Shown one piece after another: positions 20,000 to 28,406 of a stretch of DNA of 64,000 nucleotides. How positions within the stretch are numbered: position 1 is the stretch's first letter; every line of letters starts with the position of its first letter. Position numbers and translations under genes: made by a program. This DNA is from Acidobacteriota bacterium (GTDB lineage: Bacteria > Acidobacteriota > Thermoanaerobaculia > Gp7-AA8), in NCBI GenBank assembly GCA_019244185.1, contig JAFATB010000026.1, positions 156,130 through 220,129 on the forward strand, read 5' to 3'. The notes beneath the pieces were generated by a model. The model was given only the letters and a program-made list of their open reading frames with translations, ran no database searches and was not told the origin of the DNA.

Positions 20000-21195
20000 T
20001 GATGACTAAGAAAAAGATCGCCTTCCTCTCCTTGTCCGTCGCGTTGATGCTCGTGCTGCTGGCCGGTGCGGTGTTCGGCCAGGCCACGCCGAAGAACAGC
20101 GTGTATCGCTACCTCAGCATCTTCTCCGAGGTCTTCGATCTCACGCGCAACAACTACGTCGACGAAGTGTCGAGCGAGCAGCTGATGGACGGCGCGTTCT
20201 CCGGCGTCACCGACGCCGTCGACGAGTTCAGCTACTACGTGCCGCCCGCGCAGATGGCCGCGTACAAAGGCTTCGAGGACGTCGAGGACAACGGCATCGG
20301 CCTCATCGTCACCAAACGTTTCGGCTACGCGTACGTCATCGCCGCGACGCCCGGCTCGCCCGCGGAAAAGGCGGGACTCGAGCGCGGCGACTTCGTCGAG
20401 AAGATCGACGGCCAGTCGCTGCAGAAGACGCCCATCTGGCAGATCCGCACGATGCTCCGCGCGAACCATCCCATCAAGCTGCAGGTCCTGCACGGCGGCG
20501 AGACGAAGCGCGACCAGGTCACCGTGCAGCACGCGAGCTTCCATCCGATCGCACTCGATACCGACAACCTCTCCGGCATCGCGTACATCCGCATCCCGTA
20601 CTTCGAGCAGGGCACCGCGCAGCAGTTCCGTGCCGCGCTCGACAACGTGCGCAAGAGCGGCGCGCGCAAGCTGATCGTCGACGTCCGCGGCAACGCCGGC
20701 GGCTCGGTCGACGACGCCATCGCCGCGGCCGACGAGCTGCTCACGAGCGGTCTCATCACCGCGCTCGAAGGCCGCAAGCTGCAGTCGAAGCGCTGGCAGG
20801 CCGACCGCAACACGTCGTTCGACGGCGAGGTCGAAGTGCTCGCCGACATGTCCACCGCAGCCGGCGGCGAAGTCTTCGCGGCCGCCATCCGCGGCAACAA
20901 CCGCGGCAAGGTCGTCGGCGTGACGACGTACGGCAAGTCCATCGTGCAGAAGTTCATCCCGCTCCCGAGCGGCGGCGGCGTGCAGATGACCGTCGGTCAT
21001 TACACGACACCCGACCTCAAGCCGATCACCGAGACCGGCGTGAAGCCCGACGTGCTCGTCGACCTCACCGCGCAGGCGCTCGAACAGCAGGAAGACAAGA
21101 AGACCGGCCGCAAGACCGCCGAAGAGGACCTGATCCTCGAGAAGGCGCTGCAGCTCTTCGGCGCGCCCGCGACGGCGGCGAAGAAAGCCGCCTAG
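19999..21195 (+). CDS. S41 C-terminal processing protease homolog (PDZ), catalytic Ser apparently replaced
   Basis: PDZ (GIG..GSPAEKAGL), DVRGNAGG, TYGK..VQ; the SASASE motif reads TAAGGE. Confidence 0.85.
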   Translation: MMTKKKIAFLSLSVALMLVLLAGAVFGQATPKNSVYRYLSIFSEVFDLTRNNYVDEVSSEQLMDGAFSGVTDAVDEFSYYVPPAQMAAYKGFEDVEDNGIGLIVTKRFGYAYVIAATPGSPAEKAGLERGDFVEKIDGQSLQKTPIWQIRTMLRANHPIKLQVLHGGETKRDQVTVQHASFHPIALDTDNLSGIAYIRIPYFEQGTAQQFRAALDNVRKSGARKLIVDVRGNAGGSVDDAIAAADELLTSGLITALEGRKLQSKRWQADRNTSFDGEVEVLADMSTAAGGEVFAAAIRGNNRGKVVGVTTYGKSIVQKFIPLPSGGGVQMTVGHYTTPDLKPITETGVKPDVLVDLTAQALEQQEDKKTGRKTAEEDLILEKALQLFGAPATAAKKAA

Positions 21196-21719
21196 TTCTT
21201 CTCGTCTTTCTCGCTTTTTCCGCGCGTGGCGATGTAGACAGCGGCATCCCACGCGTTGTGGATGCCGATGAACAGCAACGCCAGCGCGAGGGCGGCTGTC
21301 CAGTACAGCGCGCCGAGGATGTGGCGCCACGCGAGCGTGCCGGTGATGAGCGCGACACCGTACGTGCCAATGGGGAAGCCGACGTGCCACAGCCAGTCCT
21401 CGAGCACCGGCGCGTAGCCGCTCTGGCGCCGCGCGCGGATCGCTGTGATGACGCCGTAGAACACGCCGAACGCGCCGATCGTCGCCAGGCAGAAGCCGAA
21501 GCTCGTCGGTGAATGGCGCGGCACGCAGGCGATCGCGGCGATCGTCAGCACGGAGCAGAAGTGCACGACCGTCGGCGTGCCGAACGCCTCGACCTGCTCC
21601 ACGCTCCCGATGTGCGTCTCCGCACCGAGAGCCATGACGACGAACTGCAGACCGGTCAGCGCGGCCGCGGCCGAGCCGACGATCACGTAGAACGTTTCCC
21701 ACTCGTGCAGAGCCTGCAT
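21192..21719 (-). CDS. Multi-pass membrane protein
   Basis: MQALHEWETFY..GSAAAALTGLQFV..IGIHNAWD; hydrophobic helices; TACGCT -10 six bases upstream. Confidence 0.8.
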   Translation of the reverse strand: MQALHEWETFYVIVGSAAAALTGLQFVVMALGAETHIGSVEQVEAFGTPTVVHFCSVLTIAAIACVPRHSPTSFGFCLATIGAFGVFYGVITAIRARRQSGYAPVLEDWLWHVGFPIGTYGVALITGTLAWRHILGALYWTAALALALLFIGIHNAWDAAVYIATRGKSEKDEKN

Positions 21720-21774
21720 GCCGCGAGCGTAGCGTGCGCCGCGGCACAAGACAACGCTACAATTCCGGTTGCGC

Positions 21775-22695
21775 ATGCACGGACGGGACGGGGACGGGCG
21801 CGGTTCTTTTTCGACGATCGCGAAGCTGACGGCGATTCCACTGGCCGGGCTCGCGATGTTCTTTTTGTGGAACTGGATGCACGGCGGCATCACGCCGCCC
21901 GAAGCCGCGCGCGAAGTGCGCGCCTCGACCGCGTCGCTCGTCCCGCATCACAACGCCCCACCGACCGCACCGCCCGAAGAAGCGCTTCCGCGCGTGCAGG
22001 CGAAGCATCACGAGACGTCGCGCACGCGCGCATCGGGCCACGGCGGCTCCATCGTCCTCATCATCGACGACCTCGGCTTCGAAGGGCAGCCGCTCGATCG
22101 CCTCATGTCGCTCGACCCGAACGTCAACTGCGCGATCCTGCCGAACGGCACGCGCGTCGACGAGTTCGCGCACGAGCTGCACGCGCGCGGCTTCGAGATC
22201 CTCTGCCATCTGCCGATGGAGCCGCAGGGACACGCCGCGCCGGGACGCAACGCCATCCTCACGTCGATGTCCGACGACGAGATCGCGCGCGCCACCCGCG
22301 AGAACATCGAGGCCGTGCCGTTCGCGCGCGGCGTGAACAACCACATGGGCTCGCGCGCGACGATGGACCGGCGCGTGATGACGAGCGTCATCGGCGCGAT
22401 CCCGAACGGGATGTACTTCATCGACTCGCGGACGATCCCCGGCAGCATCGCCGCGAACGTCGCGCGCGAGCTGCATGTGCGCACCGCCGCGCGCAATGTC
22501 TTTCTCGACGACGTCGCCACCGACGCCGCCGTGCGGCGGCAGGTCGCGGAAGTCGCGCATCTCGCCGAAGAACACGGCGTCGCGATCGCAATCGGCCATC
22601 CGCATCCCGCCACGATGCGCGTGCTCGCGGAAGAGTTGCCGGCGCTGCGCGCGCGCGGCTTTCATCTGATCCGCGCGAGCGAAGTGGTTCGCTGA
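21775..22695 (+). CDS. Divergent polysaccharide deacetylase (YibQ family)
   Basis: IIDDLG, HLPMEP, NNHMGS, FIDSRT, RNVFLD, AIGHP motifs. Confidence 0.92.
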   Translation: MHGRDGDGRGSFSTIAKLTAIPLAGLAMFFLWNWMHGGITPPEAAREVRASTASLVPHHNAPPTAPPEEALPRVQAKHHETSRTRASGHGGSIVLIIDDLGFEGQPLDRLMSLDPNVNCAILPNGTRVDEFAHELHARGFEILCHLPMEPQGHAAPGRNAILTSMSDDEIARATRENIEAVPFARGVNNHMGSRATMDRRVMTSVIGAIPNGMYFIDSRTIPGSIAANVARELHVRTAARNVFLDDVATDAAVRRQVAEVAHLAEEHGVAIAIGHPHPATMRVLAEELPALRARGFHLIRASEVVR

Positions 22696-23429
22696 TGCTG
22701 CTCGCGTTGTTTCTCGTCGACGCCGCGGCCGGGCTCTATCTCTTCCTGCCACTCGTCGGACGCCGCAACGCCGGCGTGAAGTTCTACCGCCTCATTCTCC
22801 TCACCGGCGCGTCGCTCGCCCTCGGCGCCGCGATCGCGCACGCGATGGCCGCGCATCGCGAGCTCGCGTACGCGGACGTCGCCATCGTCGCGCTGACGCT
22901 CGTCGTCTGGTTCGTGCTCCGCTATCCGAAGCGCCTCATCTACCGCGCCGCGTCCGTGCTCCTCGGCATCGCGTACCTCGTCGCCGCCGTGCTCGCGTAT
23001 CACGCCGCCGTGCGTCCGCCGCATCTCGCATGGAGCATCGCCGGCGCGCTCGCGTCGCTCGCGCTTCTCGGCAGCGTCAATCTCGCCATGCTCCTCGGGC
23101 ACTGGTATCTCGTCGTGCGCGGCATGTCGATCGATCCGCTGAAGCGCCTCACGATCGCGACGCTCGTCACCGCGTGCGTCAAGATCGCGCTCGTCGCCGT
23201 CGTGGTCGTGGTGTCGTGGCCCGGCGCGTTCGTGAAGGACATCTTCTTCTGGATGCGCGCGCTGTGGGGTCTCCTCGGCCCGCTCGCGCTGTATCCGATG
23301 GTGTGGGGCACCGTGCGCACGCGCTCGACGATGGCCGCGACCGGCATCCTCTACGTCGACGTCGTGGCCGTCGTCATCGGCGAAGTGCTGGGTGGCTGGC
23401 TCTCGGCTCTGACGCATCTGCCGCTGTGA
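22695..23429 (+). CDS. Multi-pass membrane protein
   Basis: TGATG coupling to previous gene; hydrophobic; AMLLGHWYL and STMAATGILY motifs. Confidence 0.8.
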   Translation: MLLALFLVDAAAGLYLFLPLVGRRNAGVKFYRLILLTGASLALGAAIAHAMAAHRELAYADVAIVALTLVVWFVLRYPKRLIYRAASVLLGIAYLVAAVLAYHAAVRPPHLAWSIAGALASLALLGSVNLAMLLGHWYLVVRGMSIDPLKRLTIATLVTACVKIALVAVVVVVSWPGAFVKDIFFWMRALWGLLGPLALYPMVWGTVRTRSTMAATGILYVDVVAVVIGEVLGGWLSALTHLPL

Positions 23430-24705
23430 GCAGCGCGCGCACTGCAGCGGGAAGCCGCGACGTGTCGCCGACGTCGAGATAGCGCGCGAGCAATGCATCG
23501 ACGTCGATCGGCGGTAGCGCGTCCGCCAATCGTTGCGCGACCTCGCCGCCGAGTCCCTTGCGGCGGCAGAGCGCAAACGCGAGCCGCGCCTCGTCCGCAT
23601 CGCCGACGCATTCGAACGGCTTGTGCGCGTCGATGCCGAGGAGCTCGCGGAACCAGCGCTCGTTCTCCGGCATTGCCAGGATGTCGCGCGCGAACATGCC
23701 GTCGACATCGAGAAACGCGTTCAGCTGCAGAAACACGTACGCGCATTTTGCGCAGCGCAGGCACCACGGCTTCGCAACGTTGCACGAATGCGTCTTGCGC
23801 ACGGCCTCTTCCGCGCCGCGCAGGATGCGCACGATCGCGGCGTCGTACAGCGGCTTGAGGATGGAAACATACGCGCCGTCGGCGATCAGCTCGTCGCGCA
23901 GATACGCGTCGAGCAGCACTTCCGCCTCCGTCGACTTGCCCCATTGATGGTTGACCGGCTCGCCGTTCCAGACGAGGTTCGGCGCGTCGGCGCTGCGCTC
24001 GTTGCCGAGGATGAGCGTGCGGTGGCCGTGCTGCAGCATCAGTGGAAGCGCGTAGAAGAGCGAGATCGGCGTCTCCGCGCAGACGAGCGCCGCGCGCTCG
24101 TCGAAGTCATCCTCCGCGCGCATGCGATGGCGCCGCGCGACGTGCGCCGCGTCGAGCAGCGAGTCGATGAGCGCATGCTGCATCGCAGGATCGCCGTAGT
24201 CCGCGTGCGAGTAGGCGAAGGTGGCAAACGGCATCCGCGCGCGCTGCAGCAGCGTGATCGCCGCGAGCGAGTCTTTGCCGCCGCCGCAGAACGCCAGCGC
24301 ATCGCCGCCGTCGCCGATGTGAATCGGCGTTGCCTCGCGCGGTGAGCCGCTGACAATCACGCGCGGCGCATATCCCGCGCGATCGTGCTCGTACCGCCAC
24401 TGCCCGCCCACGCCCTCCCACACCCGCCGCCACAACGCCGCGAAGCGCGGCGTAAAGTACGCCGACGCCTCGCGCAGCTCCACGACCTCCGGCGCGAGCC
24501 CGAAGAACGGAATCGCCTCCATCATCGCCAGTTGTGCCGTGATGCGTTCGAGCAACGCCGCGCCGTAACGCGCCTCGAGCTCGAGAAAGTCGACGTCGTC
24601 GTAACGGCAGACGCGCGTGACCACGCGCGCATCGAGCGCGTACACCATCGAGATCGCATTGCGCGTGCGCGACCAGCGGAGGAGGGCGACGCTACGCACG
24701 GCCAT
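23374..24705 (-). CDS. MurL-like PP-loop ATP-dependent enzyme (epimerase/ligase)
   Basis: GGGKDS PP-loop, GNERSA..VNHQWGKS, HSCN..WCLRCAKC, HKPFECVG; this motif set resembles MurL. Confidence 0.7.
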   Translation of the reverse strand: MAVRSVALLRWSRTRNAISMVYALDARVVTRVCRYDDVDFLELEARYGAALLERITAQLAMMEAIPFFGLAPEVVELREASAYFTPRFAALWRRVWEGVGGQWRYEHDRAGYAPRVIVSGSPREATPIHIGDGGDALAFCGGGKDSLAAITLLQRARMPFATFAYSHADYGDPAMQHALIDSLLDAAHVARRHRMRAEDDFDERAALVCAETPISLFYALPLMLQHGHRTLILGNERSADAPNLVWNGEPVNHQWGKSTEAEVLLDAYLRDELIADGAYVSILKPLYDAAIVRILRGAEEAVRKTHSCNVAKPWCLRCAKCAYVFLQLNAFLDVDGMFARDILAMPENERWFRELLGIDAHKPFECVGDADEARLAFALCRRKGLGGEVAQRLADALPPIDVDALLARYLDVGDTSRLPAAVRALLTAADASEPRASHPALRR

Positions 24706-25312
24706 GCGCGCGATCCTCCAGGTGCTGCCACAGGTCGTCCTTCAACGACGGCGGCGTCTGCGTTCCCGGCACGCCGCCGTTCCAAGCCTTCCAGTCCGCG
24801 CGCGTGATCCGCGGCGGCTCGCGCAGCTCGCGGAAATCCGCGCGGCAAACGAGCATCGCGTTGCAGATGGCCGCGCGGCGCCGGTACGAACCCTCCCAAA
24901 CGCGGAGATCTTTCTGCGTCAGATCGGTGAAGTCGAGCGGCAACGGCGGATTGCGATCGACCATGCAGTTCCGCGGCAGCGCCAGTCCGCGCGCGCGATG
25001 CCATTCCGCGGCGCCGGCGTGCGACTCGAAACGCTCCAGCACGGTGAGCAGCGCCGTCAGCCGCCAATGCGCCTCGCGCTCGTCGTACCGGCCGAGCTTC
25101 GTCATGTACGCGACGCGATCGCATTTCTGCAGACGCGGCGCGAAGCGTTTCACGCGGCAGAGCGCGGAGATCGTCGGGAACTTCGCTTCGAGATCGGGCT
25201 CGCGCTGGCACGAGCCATCGATGAACGGCAGCAGGCCGTGCCGCGCGCTCGCTTCTCGTCCCGCGCGCGCGCCGCAGAGCGGCCGGTACGTCGACAGGAA
25301 CGCTCTGCTCAT
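24692..25312 (-). CDS. Hypothetical protein, possibly Nmad2/PUA-like nucleotide-modification-associated domain
   Basis: ATGA-coupled to upstream gene and overlapping downstream start; weak resemblance (DG..P....TISALCR..RL..GD-like..LTV). Confidence 0.65.
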   Translation of the reverse strand: MSRAFLSTYRPLCGARAGREASARHGLLPFIDGSCQREPDLEAKFPTISALCRVKRFAPRLQKCDRVAYMTKLGRYDEREAHWRLTALLTVLERFESHAGAAEWHRARGLALPRNCMVDRNPPLPLDFTDLTQKDLRVWEGSYRRRAAICNAMLVCRADFRELREPPRITRADWKAWNGGVPGTQTPPSLKDDLWQHLEDRAHGRA

Positions 25313-26016
25313 CCGCGGTAGTTCGGATCAAAGTCCGGCGTCGCCGTCTTCGAGTAGAGATACGGGTCGAGATTCTCTTCCGCGCGGAAGCGGGCGCCGG
25401 GCGTGTCGAAGGTCATGATCACGTTGATGCGCTCTTCGATCCCCGTCACGCGGCGGACGCTGTGGAGGCAGCGGTCGCCGCGCATGACGATCATGCGGCC
25501 GGGCGCGGGCGCGACGACGAGCGGCGCGGTGAAGCGCGTGAAGAAACGCCAGATGCGGTCGAGGGCGCGCTGCGCCAAGGTGTCTTTCGCGCGGCCGAGG
25601 CGGAGGCGGTGGTTCGCGTACATCTCCGTCTCGCCGCCGCCGACGGAGTTGAGAAAGAGAATCGCGGTGACGGCGTTCCGGTCGTAGTGCCAGCGGTACT
25701 CGCCGCCGGGCGGGGTGAGGTTCACGTTCACGCTCGCGGTGCGGTTCGGCAGCGGGATGAGCGTCGCATCCGATGCGCGCACGAGCGCGCCGACGCGTTC
25801 GTACAGCGCGACGAGCGACGGCAAGTCTTCATGAATCGCATCGCCATCGATGACCTTGTAGCGCAACGCCCGCTCGCCGTCTTCGCGCACGATGAGCGGC
25901 AGCTCGTGCCTCGCGGCGTACGCGTGGATCTCGTCGAGCAGTGCCGTGCAGGCCGCGTCGTCGAGATACGTTTCGACGATTGCGACCCCGTCGCGACGCA
26001 GCGTCAGCGCGCGCAT
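25309..26016 (-). CDS. 2OG-Fe(II) oxygenase (hydroxylase type, BesD/HalD-related fold)
   Basis: WHYD (HxD), GGETE, RGDRCLHSV (distal His), ERINV (2OG-binding Arg); ATG 26016 overlaps GT stop. Confidence 0.85.
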   Translation of the reverse strand: MRALTLRRDGVAIVETYLDDAACTALLDEIHAYAARHELPLIVREDGERALRYKVIDGDAIHEDLPSLVALYERVGALVRASDATLIPLPNRTASVNVNLTPPGGEYRWHYDRNAVTAILFLNSVGGGETEMYANHRLRLGRAKDTLAQRALDRIWRFFTRFTAPLVVAPAPGRMIVMRGDRCLHSVRRVTGIEERINVIMTFDTPGARFRAEENLDPYLYSKTATPDFDPNYRG

Positions 26017-27038
26017 GCGCTCTCCGCGGCCGTCTCGAGCAGCGTCGCGCGGAAGACGTCCCACGACTGACGTTCGTGCGCGACGGCGAGCAATGCGCCG
26101 CGGCGGGCGCGCCACGTGTCGTCGCTCCACGCGAGCATCGTCGCGATGGCGTCGCGGTGCGCGTCGACGTCGCCCGGCTCGACCACGATGCAATGCTCGA
26201 GCACCGCGTCGTCGAGTCCCGACGCGCGCGTGGTGATCGGCACGCAGCCGGAGAAGATCGCCTCGAGCGCGGTGCCCATCTGTCCTTCGACGACGGTGGG
26301 GATGTACGCGAAGCGGCAGGAGCGGAGGAGGTCGCGATAGGGCGCCGAGCGGGAGTCGAGGTAACCGTGGTGCACGATGCTCCCATTGTTGCGCGAGTCG
26401 AGCCTCGCACGCCACGCCGGCTCCAGCTGACCGACCGCGTGCAGCCGCGTCACGCGCGCATCGATGCCGCTCCACGTCTCGAGCACGTCGTAAAAGCCCT
26501 TGCGCAGTCCGCAGTGCGTCGCCGGATAACAGAACTCTCGCCGCGCGTCCGCCGCCGGATGAAAGAGCGTCGCGTCGACGGAGTAGTTGAGCAGGCGGAT
26601 CTTCGATCGCCAGCGCGGCGCAAACGTCGCGCGCGTGAACGAGTTGCCGACGAGCAGCACGACGTCCGCGCGCTCCATCGTCTCGTCGTGATCGAAATGC
26701 GGCGGCGGCGCATCCCACGCCGGCTCGCCGAGGCCGGTCGCCTCGACGATCGGCGCGAGCGCACGCGCGCGATAGCCGGGGTCCGCGATCGCGTAGAGCA
26801 CGACGTTGCGCGCGAAGCGGTTCGCACGCGCGGTGCGCGCGAACGACCAGAAGTGTCCGACGAAGAACTCCGCCGTCAGACCGCGCGGCTGCGCGTCCGC
26901 GTCGAGATAGCAGACCGTTCCCAACTCGCGCAGCGCCGCGTAGAGATGTTGTGCAATTTGTCCCGCCGAACAGTTGCCGCGCGGCGCGTCACCGTCCGGC
27001 GAGAAATAGGCCCGGAAGTACGAAAGGACGGAATGCAC
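26004..27038 (-). CDS. GT-B glycosyltransferase (GT4-like)
   Basis: LRKG, PTVVEGQMGTALEAIFSGCVPITT (EX7E), VEPGDVD. Confidence 0.85.
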   Translation of the reverse strand: MHSVLSYFRAYFSPDGDAPRGNCSAGQIAQHLYAALRELGTVCYLDADAQPRGLTAEFFVGHFWSFARTARANRFARNVVLYAIADPGYRARALAPIVEATGLGEPAWDAPPPHFDHDETMERADVVLLVGNSFTRATFAPRWRSKIRLLNYSVDATLFHPAADARREFCYPATHCGLRKGFYDVLETWSGIDARVTRLHAVGQLEPAWRARLDSRNNGSIVHHGYLDSRSAPYRDLLRSCRFAYIPTVVEGQMGTALEAIFSGCVPITTRASGLDDAVLEHCIVVEPGDVDAHRDAIATMLAWSDDTWRARRGALLAVAHERQSWDVFRATLLETAAESACAR

Positions 27039-27088
27039 GCGTCCGGTTGTACATTAGTTCCTGCCTTGCGGCAATTACTTCTCGTGCG

Positions 27089-27523
27089 TCACTTCTCTTC
27101 CGCTCCCGGCGGCGCGGCGCCGTAGACGTGGCGGTCGTGCGTCGCCAGATCGAACGGCGGAATGGCCGGATTCGGGGCGTAGCCGCGATGCACCGCCTGA
27201 CATTCGTAGCAGACGATGACGTCTTTCACCACGCGCCAGACGATGTAGTCGAGCACCGTCACGGCGAGGAGCGAGAGTCCCCACGTCCACGGCACGAAGA
27301 CCGCGCCGACGGCGACGAGCGCGATGCCGGTCGTGCGGTTGAAGTCCTTCTGCACATACAGCTCGGCGTGGCCGCACGCGGCGCATTGACCGATTACGGC
27401 GTCTTCCGCCGGCGCCACCACGTTCGTCTGCGCGCCGCAGAAATCGCACGCGCGCGCCGGCTCGCCCGCGACGCGCGCCAGCCGCGCCTCGCATTGCGGG
27501 CAGAGATAGTGGACGCTGGCCAT
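27089..27523 (-). CDS. Zinc-ribbon membrane protein
   Basis: Four CxxC pairs (CPQC, CDFC, CAAC, CYEC) flanking two TM helices; QKDFN motif. Confidence 0.75.
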   Translation of the reverse strand: MASVHYLCPQCEARLARVAGEPARACDFCGAQTNVVAPAEDAVIGQCAACGHAELYVQKDFNRTTGIALVAVGAVFVPWTWGLSLLAVTVLDYIVWRVVKDVIVCYECQAVHRGYAPNPAIPPFDLATHDRHVYGAAPPGAEEK

Positions 27524-27579
27524 CTTAGTGTTCGCTGTCGAACTGACGCGTGCTCGCCTGTTACCTATTCTGCACGCGC

Positions 27580-27777
27580 ATGGCGCGGTATGGCATCGAC
27601 GAAGTCGCTCAGTTGCTCGTTCACGTCGCCGGCAGTGTGCGGGAGTTGCGCGCGGAGCTCGCCGCACTCGCGCTCGCGCCCACCGAGAAGCTGTACTTCA
27701 CATGCATTCTGAACGCGATCGAATCGAGCGCGGCGTCGCTCTCGGAGTCGGTGCTGCACTCCGAGCACGAGCACTGA
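27580..27777 (+). CDS. Small hypothetical protein (65 aa)
   Basis: Fills the gap between genes, helical composition, stop abuts efp stop. Confidence 0.5.
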   Translation: MARYGIDEVAQLLVHVAGSVRELRAELAALALAPTEKLYFTCILNAIESSAASLSESVLHSEHEH

Positions 27778-28335
27778 TCAGCGCGCGCGCTCGATGTAGC
27801 GGTTGTCGCTCGGGTCGACGATGATCTCTTCGCCCTCGGTGACGAACGGCGGGACCTGCACGACGACGCCGTTCTCCAGCGTGGCCGGCTTGTACGACGA
27901 CGACTGCGTCGCGCCTTTGACCATCGGCTGCGTCTCGGCGATCTTCACCTTCATCGTCTTCGGCAGCTCGACGCCGATCGGCCGCGACTCGTGGAACTGC
28001 ACCTGGATCTTCAGGCCGGGCTGGAGCCACGACGCCGCGTCGCCGAGGTCCTCCTCGCTGATCTCCACCTGCTCGTAGTTCTCCGTGTTCATGAAGTGGT
28101 GCGCGTGGCCGTCCGAGTAGAGGTACTCCATCTCGTGCTGGGAGATGTACGCCTGCTCGATGTCGTCGTTCGAGCGGAAGCGGTGCTCGAACTGGTTGCC
28201 GGTGCGCAGGTTGCGCAGCTTGGCCTGCACCATCGCGCGGAGGTTGCCGGGCGTGTGGTGGCGGAAGTCCATCACCTTGCAGAGGTCTCCCTCGAACATG
28301 ATGACGATCCCTTTACGAATGTCGTTGGCCTGCAT
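27778..28335 (-). CDS. efp: Elongation factor P (tip motif PGNLR)
   Basis: MQANDIRKG, YLYSDG..FMNTENYEQ, KPATLENG..VQVPPFV..GE, YIER. Confidence 0.95.
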   Translation of the reverse strand: MQANDIRKGIVIMFEGDLCKVMDFRHHTPGNLRAMVQAKLRNLRTGNQFEHRFRSNDDIEQAYISQHEMEYLYSDGHAHHFMNTENYEQVEISEEDLGDAASWLQPGLKIQVQFHESRPIGVELPKTMKVKIAETQPMVKGATQSSSYKPATLENGVVVQVPPFVTEGEEIIVDPSDNRYIERAR

Positions 28336-28406
28336 TTGAATCCTTTCGACGGGGTATAAACTCGCGGAGCCGCGGCATTGTAGCCGCACGTGGAGAGACG
28401 AACATC

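Noticed and set aside
19680-20030. Locally AT-richer stretch at the end of envC
   Set aside because: The reading frame and motifs are intact; at most an internal promoter, with no clear consensus found.
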